From positions 64,001 to 93,073 of IMG/VR virus record IMGVR_UViG_2791355382_000001: a stretch of DNA of 29,073 bases, one strand, 5' to 3'. Position numbers and translations under genes: made by a program. Positions 24,397-29,073 of this stretch are shown piece after piece (the first letter of the stretch is position 1; each line of letters opens with the position of its first letter). The DNA comes from a virus. Taxonomy: Duplodnaviria; Heunggongvirae; Uroviricota; Caudoviricetes. A model generated the notes under the pieces. It was not told the DNA's origin and made no database searches. It saw nothing but the letters and a program-made list of their open reading frames with translations.

Positions 24397-25224
24397 ATGG
24401 TTAAAACAAAAAAGAAAAAAGTGAAATTAATAGTAGCTACTCATAAACAATATGAGAGCATTCCCTTAAATGACCTATACTTACCAATTCAAGTAGGATC
24501 TGAATTAAATAAGGATATTGATTTAGGTTATCAAAAAGATAATGTTGGAGAAAATATTTCTTCTAAAAATGATAGATATAGCGAATTAACAGCTTTATAT
24601 TGGGCTTGGAAACATATAGATGCTGAATATATAGGTTTAGTTCACTATCGCCGCCACTTTGGTGGGAATAATTACCATCATGGTAAAGATAGGCTTAAGT
24701 GGGTAGTTACAAAAGCTGAATTAGAACCAATGCTAGATGATTATGATGTGATATTACCAAAAAAGAGAAGATATTATATTGAAACTCTATATTCCCATTA
24801 TGCACACACACATTATTCAAATCAATTAGATACAACTTTTAATATTATCAAAGAAAAATATCCAGAGTATGTTAACGCATATAAGAAGATAATAAATAAG
24901 ACTTCAGGATATATGTTTAATATGGCTATTATGAGAAAAGATTTGTTAGACGATTATTGCACATGGTTGTTTGATATTTTGTTTGAGCTTGAAAAACGTC
25001 TAGGAACGCAAAATTTGACGCATTTCCACCAACGTTTCTATGGACGTGTCAGTGAAATTATCTTTAACGCTTGGCTAGAAAAACAGTTTGAAGATGGTGT
25101 TATTGATAAAAAACGTGTTAGTGAATTACCAGTGGTTTACTTGGAAAAAATGAATTTTAGTAAGAAGTTAGTAGCATTTCTAATGGCAAAATTTTTAGGT
25201 AGAAAATATCAACATAGCTTTTGA
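24397..25224 (+). CDS. DUF4422 glycosyltransferase (WciB-like, surface polysaccharide biosynthesis)
   Basis: IVATHK...LYLPIQVG...DNVGENISSKN..YSELTALYWAWKH...YIGLVHYRRHF and FNM.IMRK....YC.WLF.IL...R..G..SE are DUF4422 hallmarks. Confidence 0.88.
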   Translation: MVKTKKKKVKLIVATHKQYESIPLNDLYLPIQVGSELNKDIDLGYQKDNVGENISSKNDRYSELTALYWAWKHIDAEYIGLVHYRRHFGGNNYHHGKDRLKWVVTKAELEPMLDDYDVILPKKRRYYIETLYSHYAHTHYSNQLDTTFNIIKEKYPEYVNAYKKIINKTSGYMFNMAIMRKDLLDDYCTWLFDILFELEKRLGTQNLTHFHQRFYGRVSEIIFNAWLEKQFEDGVIDKKRVSELPVVYLEKMNFSKKLVAFLMAKFLGRKYQHSF

Positions 25225-25242
25225 CGAAAGAGAGGGGTAAAT

Positions 25243-25383
25243 ATGACACAAACAAAAGAAAATCAAAAAGATGTTTTGGATAGGTTCACGCAAGAGCTAG
25301 ATGAAAAGCAAAGAAGAGAGTTTGAGAAGTTGACACAAAAGCAAAAATTAGCCGTTATTAAAGATTATTTACGCAAGTATTAG
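25243..25383 (+). CDS. Small hypothetical protein (46 aa), missing from the ORF track
   Basis: RBS AGAGGGG; MTQTKENQKDVLDRFTQELDEKQRREFEKLTQKQKLAVIKDYLRKY; fills the gap between operonic genes. Confidence 0.7.
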   Translation: MTQTKENQKDVLDRFTQELDEKQRREFEKLTQKQKLAVIKDYLRKY

Positions 25384-25397
25384 AAGGAGTTGATTTT

Positions 25398-25946
25398 ATG
25401 CAAAACGAAAATCAAGAACAACGATTCAAAGGATATTTAGAGTTAGCTAAAATGTCATATCAACAAGCTGTAAATACGCTAAAGAAAAAGTATGGTGGAG
25501 CTACAGAAGATTACTTTACCGAAGATAGTTATACAAGCTTTATACTAGGCGAGCGCAAGACATTGGTTAAAGGTAGATCTATCAGCCGAACAAAAGAAGG
25601 ATTGTATTGCCATCACGTTATGGAAAATCAAGGGTTAAACCTTGCAAACAAAACTTATTTGCAACACTTTGGCTATCCTTTTGATTGGCAAAGAAAAGAA
25701 AATTTGGTCTACTGCGACGCTGTTGAACACATGATTTTGCATGCAATTATAACCAAAGAAACCCATGGAAGTTTTGGTTATCCTGGATATTCAGTTTTCT
25801 TACAACCAGAAGTTGTTGAATGGTACTACAGTGGATTAAAACCTAAACCAACATGGCAAGTCAATTGTTATAACAAAGCTTTTCTAAACCCTAGCCAAGT
25901 TAAACAAGTTGTACAAGCGTGTGAAAAATTAATCAATCAAGTATAG
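25398..25946 (+). CDS. HNH/His-Me finger nuclease-like protein
   Basis: EGLYCHHVMEN...ENLVYCDAVEHMILH has HNH-type spacing; RBS AGAAGGAG. Confidence 0.55.
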   Translation: MQNENQEQRFKGYLELAKMSYQQAVNTLKKKYGGATEDYFTEDSYTSFILGERKTLVKGRSISRTKEGLYCHHVMENQGLNLANKTYLQHFGYPFDWQRKENLVYCDAVEHMILHAIITKETHGSFGYPGYSVFLQPEVVEWYYSGLKPKPTWQVNCYNKAFLNPSQVKQVVQACEKLINQV

Positions 25947-25985
25947 AAACAAGAAAGAAACAGCATATGAAAGAAGGAAACGATT

Positions 25986-26282
25986 ATGGCAGACAATGTA
26001 AATACAGCTACATACTACCTTAGCATGGACTTGCCTAAACTGAATCCTAATGAAGCTAAAAAAGTTACCAGATACGCTGTAGGCAACAGTATTTCTAACA
26101 ATGTAACAGTTGTAGAACTAGTGGAAGTCAAACAAGAGGGTAAAGATGTAACCGAGCATTTTAATTTAGAAAAAGACGGCTCTAAATTCATACTAAATTT
26201 TGACAAAGAAATGACACGTAAAGCATTAGCTGACGGTAGTGTTCACCTAAAGGTTACGATTAGAGAAACACTAGAGTTGTAA
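25986..26282 (+). CDS. Hypothetical protein (98 aa), beta-rich
   Basis: RBS AAGAAGGA; no confident family. Confidence 0.7.
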   Translation: MADNVNTATYYLSMDLPKLNPNEAKKVTRYAVGNSISNNVTVVELVEVKQEGKDVTEHFNLEKDGSKFILNFDKEMTRKALADGSVHLKVTIRETLEL

Positions 26283-26289
26283 AAAGGAG

Positions 26290-26502
26290 ATGGTAAAGAT
26301 GATGTATATTGTGTTGGCCCTAATATTGTTGGCTATGACTGTAATTTTAGCTTTGACACTACCACACTTAAAAATATTCCAACCAATAAGAGAACATGCA
26401 CAACAATTGTTCGTGTTAATCTATACCCCTGCACTTACAGCACTAGCCATTCTGATTGGGCAGCTCATTGTGCTTTTCATAAAATTGGTAGAAGGAGCGT
26501 AA
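26290..26502 (+). CDS. Small membrane protein (2 TM)
   Basis: RBS AAAAGGAG; two hydrophobic stretches. Confidence 0.7.
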   Translation: MVKMMYIVLALILLAMTVILALTLPHLKIFQPIREHAQQLFVLIYTPALTALAILIGQLIVLFIKLVEGA

Positions 26503-26505
26503 ACC

Positions 26506-26760
26506 ATGCAAAAACAAGAGATTATCAACCCTTACGAGCTAAGTAAGGACGTTAAATTAAAGAAACAAAAAACATTTTATTCAAAGAGTAAAGCTATCAA
26601 GTATCTTCAAGCTAAAGCAACGCATTTTGAAGTTACTAAAAAGCTGTTCAAACAGTTAGACCAAACTGGAAGATTACTGCCAGACAAAAGTAAATTCGGT
26701 TTTGGTAGGTATTCTGAATATAATCTTGATTTATATACTTATGAAACTCAGCCACGATAG
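26506..26760 (+). CDS. Basic hypothetical protein (84 aa)
   Basis: RBS AGAAGGAG; operonic position. Confidence 0.65.
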   Translation: MQKQEIINPYELSKDVKLKKQKTFYSKSKAIKYLQAKATHFEVTKKLFKQLDQTGRLLPDKSKFGFGRYSEYNLDLYTYETQPR

Positions 26761-26792
26761 GATTAATTAGTACAAAGTTTGAGAAGGGGGGT

Positions 26793-27299
26793 ATGGCTAT
26801 GAGTGTTACAGAAAGTGTAATTAGACTAGAAACTTGGAAACCTATTTTAGAGTGGGACGAAAATATTTCAGGAGTTCCTTCATACCTTGAAAAAGACAGA
26901 CAGGTAATTCTTAATGCAAGAAATGAAAAGTATCAAACTGTTGAAGTTACACCTGAAATTATCGACAAGATTAGACGCTTAATTGAAGATGACGTAGCAC
27001 CAGGAAATGCTTTTGCAAGAGCTGGCATAAGCTACAACTACTACCGTACTGAAAAATTAGGTCTAAGAGAAGTTGTTGATAGATATTACGAAAGAAAATC
27101 ACGTATCTATGAAGTAGATCAAATGACGGAAACATATAAGGTCTACCATAATAAAAACAAGTTGTACGGACGTTTACAAATGGAAACAGGTAAGTCAGCT
27201 TATCTGATTAGTGAAGCTGTTAGGTTACACAAATTAATCAACGGTAAGAAATACTATACGTATAATGCTTGGAAGAAAAGATATGGGAGAAGTGTGTAA
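26793..27299 (+). CDS. Putative DNA-binding protein, paralog of 23716-24258
   Basis: RBS GAAGGGGGG; RLETWKPILEWDENISGVPSYLEKDRQVILNAR; NUMOD1-like C-terminus IYEVD...LINGKKYYTY. Confidence 0.75.
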   Translation: MAMSVTESVIRLETWKPILEWDENISGVPSYLEKDRQVILNARNEKYQTVEVTPEIIDKIRRLIEDDVAPGNAFARAGISYNYYRTEKLGLREVVDRYYERKSRIYEVDQMTETYKVYHNKNKLYGRLQMETGKSAYLISEAVRLHKLINGKKYYTYNAWKKRYGRSV

Positions 27300-27301
27300 G
27301 A

Positions 27302-27703
27302 ATGCTTTTAGACAAACTATGGGACAAGTTTTTTGACCTATTATCTTTCTTTATTATAGTTGGCTTGTTTCTCATCGCTCCAATGACTCAAATTTTAGGT
27401 GTGATACCAGCTGATAGTAGGTACTACGAGCCAAAATTAGTTGAGGTCAAGCATTACACCAAAGTAGAAGATAGAGGAATTTTAGCCGATAAGTACAACA
27501 TTAAGACGAAAGATGGAAAAACGCTAACTCTTATAGCTAGAGTGGTTCGTGAAAACAAGTTGCCTAACAGTAAGCACAAAGACGGTACTAAGTCGGTAGA
27601 ACTTAGAAAAACCAAAAGTAACCAACGTTTTTGGCAAAGGTTATTTCTAATGTATAATCCACCGTCAGAACTGATTGTAACAACGTATAAGTATGACTAT
27701 TAA
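27302..27703 (+). CDS. Membrane-anchored hypothetical protein
   Basis: N-terminal hydrophobic helix FFDLLSFFIIVGLFLIAPM; ATG 27302 follows GGGAGAAG. Confidence 0.7.
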   Translation: MLLDKLWDKFFDLLSFFIIVGLFLIAPMTQILGVIPADSRYYEPKLVEVKHYTKVEDRGILADKYNIKTKDGKTLTLIARVVRENKLPNSKHKDGTKSVELRKTKSNQRFWQRLFLMYNPPSELIVTTYKYDY

Positions 27704-27721
27704 TTTGAAAGGACTGAAATA

Positions 27722-27835
27722 ATGGGCAAAAAAGCTAAGAAACACAAACGATCATACGTCAAGAAGAAACAAAGACGTATCAAGAAAAAGCTAGAAGAAA
27801 AGCAATTAGAAAAAGCAAAACCAACAGCTAAGTAA
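27722..27835 (+). CDS. Very basic 37-aa protein, missing from the ORF track
   Basis: RBS GAAAGGA; MGKKAKKHKRSYVKKKQRRIKKKLEEKQLEKAKPTAK. Confidence 0.65.
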   Translation: MGKKAKKHKRSYVKKKQRRIKKKLEEKQLEKAKPTAK

Positions 27836-27856
27836 ACGGCAAAGGGGAGATTTGTT

Positions 27857-28060
27857 ATGGAACTTTTAGGTAAAGCACTGACTACAGCGTTAATCGTAAC
27901 GCTTTTAGCAAACGCAGCTACATTTCTTATGGGGTTATTTTATTTTTTTGATCTAGCATTGTTTGAACTATGGATTGTAGAGAATGTAGCAATGTTTTTT
28001 GAAACAATGGCTAAACTGGAAGTTGAATTTAGAATTTTTGATAAGGAAGGACGCTGTTAG
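27857..28060 (+). CDS. Small membrane protein (67 aa)
   Basis: RBS AAAGGGGAG; hydrophobic N-terminal half. Confidence 0.65.
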   Translation: MELLGKALTTALIVTLLANAATFLMGLFYFFDLALFELWIVENVAMFFETMAKLEVEFRIFDKEGRC

Positions 28061-28061
28061 T

Positions 28062-28085
28062 TCGGAGTGTAAGAATAGTCTAAAT
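28062..28085 (+). repeat. 24-bp intergenic repeat, copy 1
   Basis: TCGGAGTGTAAGAATAGTCTAAAT; 22/24 identical to 28380-28403. Confidence 0.75.
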
Positions 28086-28098
28086 AGAGGTATATGAG

Positions 28099-28374
28099 AT
28101 GGTTTTGAAAATCATGTATGTGGCTACGATTATCGCTGTACTATACGTAGGCATCAAAGGATTGTTGTTTGGAAATATAAAGCTAGAGAAAAAGCACTAC
28201 TGGTACTTCAATTTTAAGATGGCTTGTAACGTTGCTAAAGTTTTGTTATTAGCATTTGTTATTATAGTTTTTCTAAGCATTACAAATGCAATTAATCAAG
28301 ACCAAAGAGATATGTACGGACTACTTTGGTTCGATTGTATGTTTCTAAATTGGTATATAGACAATTATTTTTGA
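28099..28374 (+). CDS. Small membrane protein (91 aa, 2-3 TM)
   Basis: RBS AGAGGT; hydrophobic segments. Confidence 0.7.
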   Translation: MVLKIMYVATIIAVLYVGIKGLLFGNIKLEKKHYWYFNFKMACNVAKVLLLAFVIIVFLSITNAINQDQRDMYGLLWFDCMFLNWYIDNYF

Positions 28375-28379
28375 ATTAA

Positions 28380-28413
28380 TCGAAGTGTAAAAATAGTCTA
28401 AATTTCACTTCGA
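28380..28413 (+). repeat. 24-bp intergenic repeat, copy 2, embedded in a hairpin
   Basis: TCGAAGTGTAAAAATAGTCTAAAT; TCGAAGTG (28380-28387) pairs with CACTTCGA (28406-28413). Confidence 0.75.
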
Positions 28414-28442
28414 GACAGCAGTAAAAGAAAGGTGTGATTAAC

Positions 28443-28628
28443 ATGTCAAGAATGAACAAATATTCCAAACAAAGAATTGAAAAACTAAAGGAACTTTGTG
28501 TTAAGCACCCAGACTATCTGATGCAAGATTTAGCAGAAGAGATGGGACTAAATGTAAGTGATGTGTACATAATTATTAAGAGCTATAATCTTCCTTACCA
28601 CTGGAAGATTGCTCGACATAGAGGCTAA
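28443..28628 (+). CDS. Small helix-turn-helix protein
   Basis: LMQDLAEEMGLNVSDVYIIIK is an HTH pattern; RBS GAAAGGT. Confidence 0.7.
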   Translation: MSRMNKYSKQRIEKLKELCVKHPDYLMQDLAEEMGLNVSDVYIIIKSYNLPYHWKIARHRG

Positions 28629-28648
28629 AAAAAGGGGATAGCAATAAA

Positions 28649-29073
28649 ATGAAAAGAATTACATATTTCTTAGGGAATCCTTATGTAGACATAGTTATCA
28701 TGTTCGTTACACTTGGTATTGACACAGGGTTTCTTGCTTTTGACAAAGATTTTAGTCTTACCGATTGGTACCTAGTATTCACGACCATAATACTTGCAAT
28801 TATGCTTCTTGTTCCAGTTGTTAGATGGTTTATTGATCTTGATTTAGATAAATTAATTCAAGTTAAATCTTACAAAATCTTAGATTATTCAGCAGAACCC
28901 TTAGACGATGGAACTGAAACATATTCTCTGAGAGTTGACATCAATGGCAATATTAAAACCTTAAAAAGAAATTCGTTGAAGATTGTAGTTAGTCAACTGC
29001 CCCAGTCTAAAGACGTGGGGCTTGTAACTCACGACCTTACGGTCAGTGGTAATAACGCAACTTCGTTGCTCCC
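28649..29073 (+). CDS. 3'-truncated membrane protein
   Basis: RBS AAAGGGGA; MKRITYFLGNPYVDIVIMFVTLGIDTGFLAF...WYLVFTTIILAIMLLVPVVRWF...; the frame stays open to the window end. Confidence 0.7.
   Translation, partial: MKRITYFLGNPYVDIVIMFVTLGIDTGFLAFDKDFSLTDWYLVFTTIILAIMLLVPVVRWFIDLDLDKLIQVKSYKILDYSAEPLDDGTETYSLRVDINGNIKTLKRNSLKIVVSQLPQSKDVGLVTHDLTVSGNNATSLL

Noticed and set aside
24312-24404. 30-codon ORF MKNVDPTVVCK... upstream of DUF4422
   Set aside because: The SD is only 1 nt from the ATG and the ORF overlaps the DUF4422 start out of frame; no support.

Overview
AT-rich, gene-dense segment that looks like part of a large Lactobacillaceae phage-like or plasmid-like element. The taxon is inferred from the YSIRK/LPxTG adhesin style, the AGAAAGGA ribosome-binding sites and the HU sequence. 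Every credible gene except HU lies on the + strand. In order: (1) a catalytically degenerate tyrosine-recombinase-fold protein resembling the SPbeta MrpR repressor; (2) a ~3190-aa YSIRK/LPQTG mucus-binding-type adhesin with 12 mosaic repeats; (3) a strong sigma70 promoter driving a ~120-nt structured, terminated RNA; (4) a 7.9-kb array of four unannotated, acidic, mutually paralogous proteins; (5) HU; (6) a DUF3799/RecE-like PD-(D/E)XK nuclease; (7) a fused kinase-phosphoesterase-RNA ligase, followed directly by a GC-rich ~220-nt multi-stem RNA candidate; (8) a stand-alone DUF4422 glycosyltransferase with its own promoter; (9) an HNH-like protein and a run of small membrane, HTH and basic ORFs. 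I found no CRISPR array, tRNA, rRNA, transposase, capsid, terminase or replication gene, so phage versus plasmid cannot be decided from this window. All family assignments come from motif recognition by eye; no database searches were run.
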